From Eledone cirrhosa (lineage: Eukaryota): a DNA stretch of 64,000 nt. The DNA lies in assembly GCA_964016885.1 (NCBI GenBank), contig OZ024747.1, forward strand, positions 32,240,001-32,304,000. Reading direction: 5' to 3'. A program made the position numbers and the translations under genes. Positions 49,554 to 62,845 of this stretch are shown here, one piece after another (the stretch's first letter is position 1; each line of letters begins with the position of its first letter). The notes beneath the pieces are model-generated. The model searched no databases. It saw nothing but the letters and a program-made list of their open reading frames with translations, and was not told the DNA's origin.

Positions 49554-51135
49554 ATGAGCCTAAGAAGATACCAACATGTACATGTCACAACCAACGACAG
49601 AGGCCGAGATACCAACAACACAAGCGGCTTTAACATTGAAAGTCCTTGTTTTTGGGTCCAACGACCCGACTCTGTGCTTCGCTCACATAGAAGCACAATT
49701 CGCCGCTAACAGAATTAAGAGCGATTCTGCAAAGCTCACCTACATCGTTAGGTCTGTCCCGCCAGAAGTCTTGGCTGAGGTGAAGGACCTCGTCATGTCA
49801 CCGCCGGGCACGGGGTCATATAATCATTCCGCAAGGAATTGATCAAGTGAACGACCGCGTCACAGCAGAGACGACTCAACCAACTCGTGTCTGCAGAAGA
49901 ATTGGGGGACAGAAAACCGTCCCAACTATTGCGAAAGACGAGACAGCTGATGGAAAACCAGCCGCTTTCAGAAAATGTGCTGAAACGGCTGTTTATACAG
50001 CGCTTGCTCTTATCAATGCAGGGCATTTTGGCGTCGACCAACGAGTCAGAAACCCCGGAAGAACTGGCGAGTGTCGCAGATAAGATCGCTGAGGTGTCAA
50101 ACCCTTTTGCCTCAGTGGCACAAGTAGATCATCAGATGAACCCTTATATAGCGTCCTCGGACTCCACCTCCGAGATTTCAGAGCTGCAGGCTATGATCAG
50201 AGAGTAGGCTGGTCAAATTAAAGCCCTCGCAAACCAATTAGAGAACCTGAACTTTCAAAACACACCGGCAGGGCAGCAACAGTCGATCCAGGCCCTTTCA
50301 CCGTCGAAGATCCAGAAGCCCAGTCAAAATCGTGTGTCTGGCAACCTCTGCTGGTATCACACAGAATTCGGCGCACAGGCATCTAAGTGTAGGGCCCCGT
50401 GCTCTTTCCAGAATACCACCCAGGGAAACGGGCAGACCAGGACCTAGCGACGACGTTCACCCCTGGTACTGAGAAGAAAAGTCGTCTATTTTTCATCAAC
50501 GACCAAGCGACAGCCATCCGTTACCTCGTGGATACAGGAGCCTAGGTTAGTGTTATTCCTGTTTCACTAGTCTCGGGCAAAAGACAACCAACACCGTCCT
50601 TTCTGCAGGCAGTGAACCGATCGTCAATTCTGACTTTCGGGGAGAAATCACTGACCCTCAATTTATGCCTGAGGCGTCGGTTTCAATGGGTGTTCGTCGT
50701 GGCAGACCTACCGACCCCTATCTTAGGAGCCCATTTTCTTCACCACTTCAACCTTCTAGTGGACATGAAGAACCGGAGGCTTATTGACACCACCACAAAC
50801 CTCACTGTGAGAGCTATATTTACCACGCAATCCACAGTGAGCCCTGTAATTTGCCAGTCAGAACCTTCGCGTTACAACTGCATTATCCAGAATTACCCAG
50901 ACATCACTCGCCCGATATTTAAGGATGAACCTATTAAACATAGTGTCACACATCACATCGAGACAAGAGGACGACCCCCAGCTTCCCGACCAAGGAGACT
51001 GCCTCCAGCCCGATTGAGAATCGCCAAACAGGAGTTTCAACACATGCTGGACCTTGGAATCATTCGCCCTTCCTCCAGAAACTGGTCTGCACCCCTACAC
51101 CTTGTTCCTAAAAAAACCGAGAATGATTGGCGAGA
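49554..51135 (+). pseudogene. gag-pol (gag, protease, start of RT), disrupted
   Basis: ORF fragments 49576-49842, 49887-50207 and 50612-51157; gag stop at 50445-50447; pol lies in the -1 frame. Confidence 0.88.
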
Positions 51136-52945
51136 CACACTCTATAATTTTCTCTAGTGAATCCTTACTTAATAGAAAATCTGAGATATTCGCTTCTTGC
51201 CCCCACGCTATTTCTAATTCTTACTTTTATTATAAACCTAAAGGTTCTAGTAGTGTAAATTGTATCCATTAGCTGATATATTCCATTACTTATTTTTTTA
51301 GTTTAGGTTCTTTTTGTTTACCACCTTTATTATCATCACTATTATCATTGGTTTTTGACAACTTTTTATTCTAGCTCTCATAATCTTTTGGCTACTATAC
51401 CATATCTATCTTCTTACACATTAAATTTTCACTATTAACACCTTATGAGTATATATCTGATTATATATTTTATATTATTTTATTTCATTTTATTTTATTT
51501 TATTTGTATTCTTCTTTGGATACCCCTCCTCCCCCCATGCACACATAAACTTATTGCTAATCCCTTCAAATATATTATGATTATTTTTAATCCCCCCTTT
51601 TTTATGCTCCTTTCTATTATATAATACAGTATATTGATTATGATTTTATGCTCCTTTGTATCCTTCATACATTTCTTTTTTTCTGTCCCTATTAGCCTAC
51701 CATAATTCTGCTTAAGTCAGTTTTTTAGATATCGTTATGTAAATGATAGTAGAATATTTCATTCCTTTCTATATATACTTATAGTGAAATATTAATGTTT
51801 ACGGATTTTGATCACTTAAACCATAGCTAATATTGTATTGCCTTATTAGGTATTTTAAATATTTTCAATATTAATTTATCAAATAGGGTTTTCTAGTCAT
51901 TTATCCGGGTTGTTTCCTAAGTTTTTACTTAACTGCATGTGAGACCTAAGTAAATACTTTTGTTTTTGTTTTTTGATTTCCGGTCGATTTTATTTATTTA
52001 TTTATTAATACTACTGTGCATAGTATTTTCTGTCTGGCCCTTATTCACTCATTCACATATGTGTCTGTTTACCAACCTTGTAATTATAAGTAATTATATA
52101 TTATATTATGTTCATTATTTTATATTGAAGTTGTTATTCAACTCTTTGTAAATGTAATATTGATCTTTGTTACTTACCGATGATTTTATGTACCATTATG
52201 ATATGTTAAATTTTATATATCATGTAAGATGTTTATATATTTTTGTACCATCATAATTTTGGGTATTGTACAATTTATATTTTTTTTCTCACCTGCTCTC
52301 TAACTCTATATGAATTGATTTGTTAACTTACATGCCATTATATATTATATATTATTATATTATTATTATAGTGTTATTGTGACATATTGTTTGTGTAATT
52401 TAACCGGAGATTATCTATTATATTATATTATATATTATATAGTTTATTATATATTATATGTTACTTTTAATCATTTCATTACTTCATGTTATACTGTATA
52501 TTAGATATACGTATTATTTTTATTTTTATTCCTATTATGCTTATTTATATTTAAACTCTTAATAAGGTTTAATTTGTGCTGTTAATGATGGAAATATGTA
52601 TTGATGTATATGTATATGTGCGTACGTGTGCGTATATATATACATATGTATATTGTGCCTTTTAATTTTAATTTTAATTTTAATATTGTTACAAGTATAT
52701 TATATTATATTATATTGTATTACATATAGTACTATAATTCCCGCTCTATATAACCACCTTTGTTTAGCTCTAGTTTTTTGCTTTGGACTATATTTGTAAT
52801 ATGGTTCAAAATGTTATCCACCTCCTTAGTGATTTTTATTATATATTTTTACCCATAATCTTCCAATACTTTAGTGTATGTACACTCCATATTCTTCGGA
52901 GTTTTCGGCTTGTATTGGCCGATAGTGCTTCTTGTGGTTTTGATT

Positions 52946-52983
52946 GCCCTGATGAGTCCTTACTAGGACGAAACATTGTTGGC
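52946..52983 (+). ncRNA. Canonical minimal type I hammerhead ribozyme
   Basis: GCC-CTGATGA-GTCCT tact AGGAC-GAA-ACATTGT-T-GGC, about 50 bp before (TA)n. Confidence 0.85.
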
Positions 52984-53030
52984 TAATAAAGACTTTTGAT
53001 ATATTGAAGGCTTCTTTGTTTTATTTTCAT

Positions 53031-53084
<54 letters not shown>

Positions 53085-53085
<1 letters not shown>

Positions 53086-54772
53086 GAAACGCACAAAATA
53101 ATCAAAAGCAAAAGACAACCGAAATCAATGAAAACATTACTCACCAATACCAAATTACCTACCACAAACCCACAACCAACTGTCAAAAAATGTGGTCGCT
53201 CTAATTGTGGAACCTGCACTCACCTCATTGAAGGCAACACGTATACATTTAAATCAGGACAAAATTTTGCTGTAAAAAATCACTTCACTTGCTCATCAAA
53301 AAATCTAATTTATGCCATTAAATGTAAAGGATGCAATGAAGATTATATAGGACAAACTAAACTCACACTTAGAAACAGAATGACAGTTCATCGCCAACAA
53401 TTACAAGATCCAACCACGAGACAGATACCACTAAGCGCACATCTAGACATATGCGCAAGTAATAAGACACCCAAATTCCAAGTCTTCCCATTTTACCTTT
53501 GCGCTAACAATACAACAGAACAAATACGAATAAATAAGGAAAATATGTTTATTCAAAAATAAAGACCAGCATTAAATATGGTTTAATATACATTATGTCA
53601 ACACCATAACATGCTAACCATCCAAACAGACACATACACACACACATAACACCTGCTACTTTAGAAAATAAAAACCCGAACTAAATAAACCTTAACATAC
53701 GTTTGCGCTGACAATACAACAGAACAAATATGAATAAGTAAGGAAAATATGTTCATTCAAAAATATTCCTACTAAAGGAATCATTTTCCTACACACACAC
53801 ACACAATATATATATATATATTCTCTTCATCTTAACATGCTAACCATACTCCCACACACATAACACCAATACACACACATAACACCCCCACCCACTCACA
53901 CAACTCCCTCCCCCATTTCTACTAATAGAATCACTTTCCTACACACATATATACACACACACAAAATATATATATTCTCTCCATCTTAACATACCCCCCC
54001 CAAACACACATAACACCCATATACACACACACACCACTCCCTCCCCTCATTTCTACTAATAAAATCATCTTCCAATACACACACACACACACACACAAGC
54101 ACACACATAAACATACACATAGAAAATCTGAATTCTGACACCCCAGCGAACAAACCATATTCACTGAACCAGAACAATACTCCCATCCCATTTCTCTTGA
54201 CCATTATCTTTTGCTTGTCATAAAATTCTCTAAAAAGGCTACAGATTAGATTTCCAAATAAGAGCGCGAAAATTTAATGAAAACTTGTTCACGTGACAAC
54301 CATAATTTCATTTATAACCAATCAAATTACGTTTATTAAAAAAAGCCTTCGTGAGCCCCCTTTTTTAAGTAAAAAGAAATTCAAACACTCATATATGAAA
54401 ACACAACCTGTGCCCCCCCCCTTGTTTGAAGAACTTTGTAACGCGAACTGGCGCGAAATTTATTATAATTATTGACCAACCAATCAAATTACTTCTCTAA
54501 AAACCTGGCATTTCGAGCCACTTTTTTCCATATAAAACAAGTAACATTCAGAGACCAACCAGATGTGAGAAAAACCACAGACCCTCCATCTCAACTCTAC
54601 TTTTGAAAAGCAGAAGAACTGCGAAACCGGTAAAGGAACCAAATAAATATATATATATTTTTTTAGAAATAAGACTCCAGTTGCATTTTCGATTTCACCT
54701 TTTTTCTTTATACTTTCACTCGTGTAGGACACCTCGGTTATTTTTCATTTTGTAAAAAAAACCTCACTTTCT
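53085..54772 (+). mobile_element. PLE family B 3' fragment (Zn finger + GIY-YIG at 53090-53583, 3' UTR)
   Basis: KRQPKSMKTLLT, CGRSNCGTCTH, CSSKNLIYAIKCKGCNEDYIGQT..RMTVH. Confidence 0.9.
54600..54635 (+). ncRNA. Minimal hammerhead with U3-A8 core (TTGAAAA)
   Basis: CTT-TTGAAAA-GCAG aagaa CTGC-GAA-ACCGGT-A-AAG. Confidence 0.62.
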
Positions 54773-54773
54773 A

Positions 54774-54805
<32 letters not shown>

Positions 54806-55464
54806 TGTTATACTTGGGGAGGGTCATATTTGTGCAATATTGCCAGAATTAATAACAGAACACACTCACTGTTTGGTTGGTTTTCGCTTTTCGCTTCCGT
54901 GTCTTTTATATCGGTTAATTTAATTTATTCGGTCCTCAATGTTGCCATTGACTGACCAACGGTAAAAAATACAGATACATTATAGACACAAACACATATA
55001 TATAGTCTATCAAAGTTCTTTCGTTGCACATCTGCAACATAGTCAGTGGTGCTATTGTTTCCTCCCGTTGCATTGCATTTTATACGCCATCTTTATTTAG
55101 TCTGTTTATATATTTATTTATTAGTTTATTTTATTTTATCTTCTTTGCGCATGCGTTTGCGTGTGTGTATAGTGTTTTGTTTGATGTGTGTTCGTGTTTG
55201 GGTGACTGTGTATTGGTTATTGTATTTTATCTTAGTTTACTAGTGTGTGTTTATATGTGTTTGTTGTTATTGTGCTTGTGTATGTATTCATTTATTTATT
55301 TATACTTCTCTTAGGTCAGTGTTGTTTGTTTGGATGTTCTTGTTATTCCATTCATAGTTTTCTGTCTAGCCTTGGCCTTCTAAGTTCTATTTCGCTGGCC
55401 TCTCTGATTTGCCTATCTACTGGGTCATTTCTATGTTTAGATATTATTCTAATTTCTCTGTTGT

Positions 55465-55848
55465 CTATGTAAGCGTGGTGTTGTTGTCTAGCATGTTCGC
55501 ATAGTACTGAACCGTTTTTCGTCCTTTTAGTTCCTCCCAGTGTTGGTCTATCCTTTCACCTATGCTACGAGCTGTCTCGCCTATGAATGTTGTTGTCATG
55601 TTTCTGCAAGTACCCTCTGTACATCTTATGCTATAGACTACGTTTCTAGTTTTACAGTTTATCCGGGGGTTTACTTTACATATGATACATTTCCTATTAG
55701 TAGAATGGGTTTTCTTAAAAGGGTAGGTTTTGCTGATCAGGGATTTTATGGTGGTTCCTGGCTTTTCTACCACCTTTAAGTGGGTCTTTCTTAGGACCTT
55801 TCTACACTGGTTAGCTAATTTTCTTCCAGGGGTAGCGTCCACAAACAT
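55465..55848 (-). pseudogene. PLE GIY-YIG endonuclease
   Basis: CIIC..NCKTRNVVYSIRC..FIGETARSIGERIDQH; frameshifted. Confidence 0.85.
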
Positions 55849-55923
55849 GACACTCTGGTATCTCTGGTTGTCGTACCATGAGGTGGCTTTCCCTATCTCA
55901 TGTCTAGTCCTATCTAAGCTATT

Positions 55924-57216
55924 TCATGATTTGCTCCTGTATAATGGGCAAATTCCTTTCATGTCCAGTTCTATGTGGGTCTTATACTTCTCTGTGGCTC
56001 CTTCGTATACTCTGATTCTGTCTCTTTGGTTGTAGCCAGAGAACTGCATGCGGTTAATGAAGTGTTTGATGTGTCTTTCCATTTCTGTTGGGTCGCACAT
56101 GCGGGACACGTTCTTCATCACTCGTACCAAGTCAGCGATCAGAATATTAAACTTAGCATTACTGGACATTGCTGAGTTTTTGAGTATCAGGTATTTGGAG
56201 GCCATGGGTTTAGCATAGTGTGAGTGGAGAATTTGGGCTCTCTCGTCTATAGTGTTAATCCAGAGCTCCGTGTCTAATACAGGTAGTCTATTGTTAGGGT
56301 GTTTGGAAGGGTAGTCGATAGTTACAGTTATACTCTGGTGTATGGAATTAGCTATCTGCTGGATGCTTTCCATTGTGCTACGTTCTAAATCAAACTTGTT
56401 AGTGCTCTCTTGTGGGGATGTTCTTATTACTATATTGATATCGTCTACGTAACGAGAGTACATGATGAGGTCTATGGAGCTCTCATCAAGGAGATCTTTA
56501 AGTCTCCTTTCCCACCATACCATAAAAAGGTTGGCTACGTCACCAGCTATGCTGACGCCAATGGCTGCTCCTTCATTTTGGGTGTAGACCTTCTCGTTGA
56601 AATTGAATATGTGACCCTTTAGGGTAGTTTTGATACTAGCCCCTATTGCATGTGCGACCATTTTTCTTACCTGATCATTGTTTTGGGGGGTCCGTATAGC
56701 TTTGGTCCACCCAATCCACCTTCCGATGGGAGTCTTTTTAGCCATTGAGGTTATGGTGGGGGGTCTACCTCTTATGGGTCTACTGGGGAAGAAACATCTA
56801 AGGTCATGGCTGTCTAGGTAGTCAGTATCGTAGGTAAGTCTAAGTAGGAGGCCCAGTTCGTCTGTGTCGACGTCGCAGAACTCCACCTCACTCTCAATGA
56901 TCATCTCCACACATTTTTCCACAGCAAAATCAATGTTAATGGATGGGTACAGTGATACCACATCCATGCTGCCTATTATGCAGTTGGATAGGTTCCTGTT
57001 TTTGTTGCACTCGCTGATTCTGCTGAGGAGGTCCTTTGTACTGTCACATACATCTGGGGACATCTTGATTATGGGGCGTATAACCATTGAGAGGAAGTAG
57101 GAGATCCTGTAGTTGCTAGCTATATTTGCTCCGCATACGAATCTTGTTGGTGGTCCTGTTGTCGGGTCGTCGACTGTCTTGTGGTCTTTGCGGAGCCCAT
57201 AATGGTGGTATGCCAT
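55924..57216 (-). pseudogene. PLE reverse transcriptase core (430-aa open fragment)
   Basis: YGLRKDHK, GSMDVVSLYPSI, YTQNEGAAIG..AGDVANLFM, YSRYVDD, LPVLDTELW, HYAKPMAS, RMQFSGY. Confidence 0.93.
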
Positions 57217-58208
57217 TGTTAGACGCCTGGAAGTTGTTGGCAGTGCGTCTGCTTGGCTTTAGGATGTCGGTCCACATCATCATGTGAGCGTTGAGGATTT
57301 TCTCTCTCCCGTCATGTATTTGCTGTGCAATTTCGCTCGTGTTGGTGATGTGGGGTTGCATAGCTTTGCATGCTGTCTATTGACATCCTTCCAGACTTAT
57401 CCGTAGGTAGACATACTATCTCACAATCCCTTGTGCGCTGCTTCAGGCTAACCAAGCCTTCTACAGGTTTCCTCCCAAGTTGTTGGACCTTTGGTTTGCT
57501 CTGTCTCTTAGTATACCGGTCTACTATTTGTCTAATCTTATTTCTAGCTATGGTGAACTGTGCCTCTGTCTCGTCATCTATTTGTTGTGGTATGCAAACT
57601 CTTTTATTAAAAGGGTAATCTCGTAGGATAGATATTACCCATCTTATATGTTTTGTCAGCTGGGTTGAAGAATAGTTTCTCTAAGGGGTTGTCATTATAT
57701 CTATCGTCATCGTTGTGTGTGTTGCTATTATTGTTATTATGGTGGTTGTTGTTGTTCTTATCATTAGCATTATTATTATTGTTATGATTGCTAGATGTAT
57801 TGTTGTTATGATTGCTAGATGTATTGTTGCTGTGATTGTTAGATGTATTGTTGTTATGATTGCTAGATGTATTGTTGCTGTGATTTTTAGATGTATTGTT
57901 GTTGTTTTCTCCACCGTTATTGTTGTTGTTACTGTTATTTCTACCATTGTGGTTGTTACTTTTATTATGTTTCTTGTTTTCGTTGTGTCTATCATTAATG
58001 TTGCTACATGTATTATTTCTATTATTACCACTGTGGTTGTTGTTGTTATTCGTATTGTTACCGTTATTACTACTGTGGTCGCTGCTGCTGTGTCTGTAGT
58101 TAATGTTTCTATTATTATTATTATTATTGTGGTTGTTGTTGTTGTTCTGTCTATCGTTAATATTATTACCATTATTACTATTTTTCACTCTCCTGCTATT
58201 GTTATTGT

Positions 58209-58461
58209 TTTGGTTAGAAAAAGCTATCTCACTTACCGCTTTTCATAGGCGCCGCTAAATCCCACTGCTGATTTCTCCTCTTCCAGGTGCGTCCAACTCC
58301 TTAACACCAGGAGCTGCCAAAACTCGCGTCCACACCGTTGCTGGTCACCACTAGAGAGAGACCCATCTGCTGGCCCTTCCGGTCGAGCATCCTTACGGCC
58401 AAGCACCTTCCGGTCGAGCACTCCCCCGCTTCCGGCCACCGTACGCCACACCATACCCACA
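58209..58461 (-). repeat. 3' LTR
   Basis: Matches 62163-62416 (about 12 substitutions + 1 indel by manual count). Confidence 0.95.
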
Positions 58462-58474
58462 CGCCCTTCTGATC

Positions 58475-61333
58475 TCAAGGATCAATTTTCCCCTTGTCCT
58501 TCTGCATATGAAAGTCTGCTGTCCAGGTTGGTGGTTTACGACTTCTTTGCGATCTCCGCAGTGTTGGGGCAGTACTTTGGGTTTCCTCTTCCTCGGAGTC
58601 CGTTGACACAGTGATTCTGCGGACATCCAGGACATGACGTGGTACTCCGTCCACGGACACATTGTTCTGGGAATTTACGGCCGTCACCGTTTCCCTTCCC
58701 CATTGAAATGTGCAACGTGCATCTGGGGGCTTAACCCAGACTTCTTCGCCCACCTGCACGAATGCACTCACTCTCCCAACTGGCCGTTGTGGTGGCGTGC
58801 ACGGGTGCCGCCACTCGTATCTGAATACTGCTCTGTGTGGCACCGATTCCTCGACCTGTCTCACCCGAGGGGACATGTTGTACCAGAACACTGCCTCCAT
58901 TGGTGAGATATGGCCCCGCTCCGCCATTGCCTTGATCGTCCGGTGGTGTCGCTCCACAATTCCATTCCCGCTCGGTCTCTGCCCTGCTGTGAAGAAACGG
59001 TCCACCTTCCATCCATCGAGCATCTCCCTCAGCTCCTCCGAGCGGAACGCTGCGCTGTTGTCCATCAGCAGTTCGTCCACAGGGCCCCGCTCCAAGAACA
59101 CCTCTCTCAACGTCCGCATGATTTCCTCGGCCGTTCCAGTCTTCATCTCCCTCCATATCGCCATCCGTCCTGGTCCACAGTCGACCATCGAGAGGTACGT
59201 TCCCTGTCGGTAGTGCGTTACATCCACCGCCAATCGCTTCAAGTCGCGATCCACCGGGAGGCTTCCCGTTTCGTGCACACCCGGGGCGGGATCAATGGAC
59301 TGACATCGGACGCAGCCTCTAACCACCCTTTGAACACTGTGTCTGTTAACGTCCGAGTCGATTCTCCTGGCTAGGAACAGGTTCCTATCCACTCCCATGT
59401 GGTGCATGTCATCCAACCCTTTCAGATCCGACTCGGTCAGCCGACACACGGCAGCAATCTCATCTTCTACCTCCTCCGGCGCTTCCATCCAGGCTTTCTT
59501 CACCCTAGTTAAGACGTCCGCCCTATTTTTCTCTGAGGGCACGAAAACTACGCTCAGCCTCAGGTCGAACTCGGTGGCCAGCTCTCCTAAAGTTCCCAAG
59601 CGGCGCTTTATCAGCATCTCCGCCGCCCCTCTCGTTCACACTCTCTTCTCACTGGTGAGCACTGATCTCACCCATCCGAGTACAGTAGCAAAGTCGGTGC
59701 GTATCTCGATGGTGCGCAGTCCCCACCTCAGGGCGAGTTCACCCCTCTCAACACTGCGTCCAGTTCGGTCACATTGATGTGGTTGCAGTCGTCCTTCTTC
59801 CTAAGCCAGGCCGCATCCTCGACCTCAACACCTCCTATCTCCAACGTGACACCCAGCGCTATGCTGCTGGCATCGCACCATACGGTCCCGCTCTGTGAGT
59901 TGGGAACATACCAGCGTCCCCGCACTGGGTTGTCGGCCTTCACCCTCCCCACGATCTCCTGCATCATGGCCACCGTCCTCTCTCCCACTCTGTCACTCCA
60001 AGTCACTCCTACCGCTCGTCTCTTGACATAGCTGCATGCCGTCCGGAGCCACCCAGCAATCGGGTAGTGACCCACCAACTTTCCACACACCGAGAAAAGC
60101 TCCCGCCTACTCATACTTGGGCCCAGTATTGGAACTTCATTTCCCCTCTGGAATACCAAGACGCCCGCCCTGTCTCGCCGTAGCCTAAGTCCCAGCGCGG
60201 CTCCTCCCTCCAACGCTTCTGACGGTTTTGCAGCCAGTCCATACCCCTGTAAATGGCTCGTGACCTCCGCCGCCGACACCACAGACTCGTCCACTAGGAT
60301 GTCGTCAATATAGGAGTTAGTGGCCCTCTTCATCTTGTCGGCCTTTCCCAGAATGGTCTTGAGGACCGCCGCCATGATCTTCGGTGCGGAGCTCAGCTCG
60401 AAACCGAGCCTGGTCAGGCAATATGTTCGGCCCTTATACCTGACCAGCTGATACTGCCAGAGCTTCTCATCTATATGCAATTGTAAGTATGCCGACTTTA
60501 GATCTACGATTGCTGAAACCCCCGTCATGCGTCTCCACTCACGCAGGGTTTCCCCCACAGACATCCGTGACCTCGCCACCCGTGTGGCATGACACGTGCT
60601 CGTTCAGCTCCCGAAAGTCCAGCACCGGCCTCACCTTGTTCTTCGTGCGTTGCGCCACCGCCATTAACGGCAATACTCCGCACTTCACCTCCTCTTTCCA
60701 GGGAAGCAGTATGCCCTCCTCAATCCATCTCTCTACCTCTCGCTCGAACTCGCTCCTAATGTTTCCCTTCAATGTGTGTTGATAGCAGTCCACTTTGGTC
60801 TTCAGTGTTGGTGGTTCTCCCTTCCAGTACCAGTAAACAACCCATCGCTGCCCATCGAACACGGCCTTGAAGTCTTTGTCCTGCACAGTCTAAGCGGGGT
60901 ATTTCTCCTCGTGGGCCTTCTGGTTCTCCTGTCGCGCACTCACAGCGCATACCGATGCAGCGGCGCCAAACGACACACCGACGTTGTTCACTGTGACGCC
61001 TCCTAGACGGCCAATTGTGTCCATGCCCATAACCACGCCGATCCCATCCACCACGCTGTCTACTACGATGGCAGAAAGCCTTATTTTCCTTTCCCGTACC
61101 GCTATTTCCATCTCGCTGCGACCCCGGCATTCAATTTTCATGCCGTCGACTGCCTTTACGCTGCTCTTCCCTCTCCACCTCTGCGCCACCCCCGCGGTCA
61201 CCAGTGTCGTCGTGCAGCCCGTGTCCACGAGGGCTCGCTGTGGCTTTCCCCTCACGAAGACTTCCACCACGGGCAGCACCTCTACTCGTAAGGGGCAACT
61301 ACCGGCGCAGTAGTTCCCCTTGGATCGTTTCCC
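58475..61333 (-). pseudogene. pol (protease, RT, RNase H, integrase) with a stop and frameshifts
   Basis: ALVDTGC, RPVLDFRELN, DLKSAYLQ, SYIDD, WCDAS, HMGV..CVRC, LAVDV, MDN, NGIVERHHRTIK, LRRSQRSRKPP. Confidence 0.93.
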
Positions 61334-62043
61334 TGGTCGCAGTTAATAGCGATGTGGCTTGGTCGCTTACACCGGTAGCATATTATTTCCGGCATTGACT
61401 CTCTGCAGTCCCTAGCCATGTGCGGGCTCTGGCACCGAAAACAGCGACCTCTAAACGTTCGCGGGCGACTGCGTGCCGTGGTTGTCTCCCTTTCACCATT
61501 TCGCTGCCAGCTGTATTGAGCCTCTGTAGTTGCTATCGCCGCAATACTCTTCTTGGCATCTTCTGCTATGATCCGGGCTTATTCCACCAGTGAACGCATT
61601 TCCATTTCTTTGTAACTCGGGACTTGCTGCAGTTTCAGCGCTATGTCGTCTGGAAATCCATTTATGAACGCCAACCGCACCGTGCGTTCGCATTCCACCT
61701 GATATCCGGCCAACATGGCCAATCGCCGTATTTCCGCTGCGAAAATGTCAACGCATTCACCGTTCCATCTAATTCTTCCCAGCTTAGCGAAAGCGGCTAA
61801 CGGTCCCTCTGCGAATGCTTCCATCATGCGCCTCTCAATCTTTTGCGCATCTCTTTGGCTGTGTTCGTCCAACTCAAGGAAGAGTACCAACGCGTCACCC
61901 TCAAGGTACAGTGCCATGAGGCCAGCCACATCTTCTATCTTCTGCAAGCTTGCGACCAGCCGGACTTGTCGCAGCCAAGCGACAACATCACCTTCCCCGG
62001 TAAATGCCCTGATAGCTCCGCTTGTTCGTAGTCTTGCCGCCAT
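61282..62043 (-). pseudogene. gag with two CCHC knuckles, premature stop
   Basis: FTGEGDVVAWL..LYLEGDA; CFRCQSPHMARDC and CYRCKRPSHIAINC. Confidence 0.88.
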
Positions 62044-62162
62044 CTTCTAATTTGTCTTGCGGTACGTGATAAAAAAAAACAACAGACTCATCTCTGTTTT
62101 TCCAGTAGCATTTTTTTTTTTTTTTTTTCAATCAGATCTCAGTTTCCAGTGCCGAAATAGCT

Positions 62163-62416
62163 TGTGGTCAGAAAAAGCTATCTCACTTACCGCTTTTCAT
62201 AGGCGCCGCTAAATCCCACTGCTGGTTTCTCCTCTTCCACGTGCGTCCAACTCCTTAACACCGGGAGCTGCCAAAACTCGCGTCCACACCGTTGCTGGTC
62301 ACCACTAGAGAGAGACCCTTCTGCTGGCCCTTCCGTTCGAGCATCCTTCCGGCCAAGCACCCTTCCGGTTGAGCACTCCCCCGCTTCCGGTCACCGCACG
62401 CCACACCATGCCCACA
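62163..62416 (-). repeat. 5' LTR
   Basis: TGTGG...CCACA termini; matches 58209-58461. Confidence 0.95.
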
Positions 62417-62525
62417 ATTGTTATGACTATTACTATTATAGCTCTTATTTCTATACTCAGAGTTATTGTTTATATTACTACTACCGTTATTACTGTTATT
62501 GTTGTCCGTATAATTCATCGCCGTT

Positions 62526-62826
<301 letters not shown>

Positions 62827-62845
62827 ATATATATATATATATATA

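Larger units (their letters stand above)
49040..51135 (+). mobile_element. Ty3/Gypsy LTR retrotransposon, CsRn1/Kabuki-like, 3'-truncated
   Basis: 5' LTR TGTA...TACA (49040-49516), tRNA-Trp PBS, gag with FAHIEAQF, LGDRKPSQLLR and a CHCC knuckle CWYHTEFGAQASKCRAPC, protease YLVDTGA, RT start IIRPSSRNWSAPLHLVPKK. Confidence 0.92.
54805..58208 (-). mobile_element. Penelope-like element (Neptune/Nematis-type RT + C-terminal GIY-YIG), interrupted by the Gypsy element; 5' part continues at 62417-62526
   Basis: Asn-rich 5' region, DKSGR motif, RT and endonuclease ORF fragments in order on the minus strand. Confidence 0.9.
58209..62416 (-). mobile_element. Near full-length Ty3/Gypsy LTR retrotransposon (Mag-like), 5-bp TSD ATTGT
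   Basis: Two ~253-bp LTRs; TSD at 58204-58208 and 62417-62421; gag-PR-RT-RNaseH-IN order; purine-rich tract at 58462-58476. Confidence 0.95.

Noticed and set aside
51135-51440. Possible N-terminal-endonuclease (Naiad-type) PLE remnant (WIQFTLLEPLGL on the minus strand)
   Set aside because: Many stops and only a vague motif resemblance.
55005-55047. Hammerhead-like motif at the 3' end of the large PLE (minus: CTGACTAT-GTTGCA..TGCAAC-GAA-AGAACT-T)
   Set aside because: Core has the wrong length and lacks G8, and stem I is poor; at best a decayed remnant, so not counted.
57715-58248. Hydrophobic 177-aa 'membrane protein' ORF
   Set aside because: Antisense translation of the AAC/AAT low-complexity tract.
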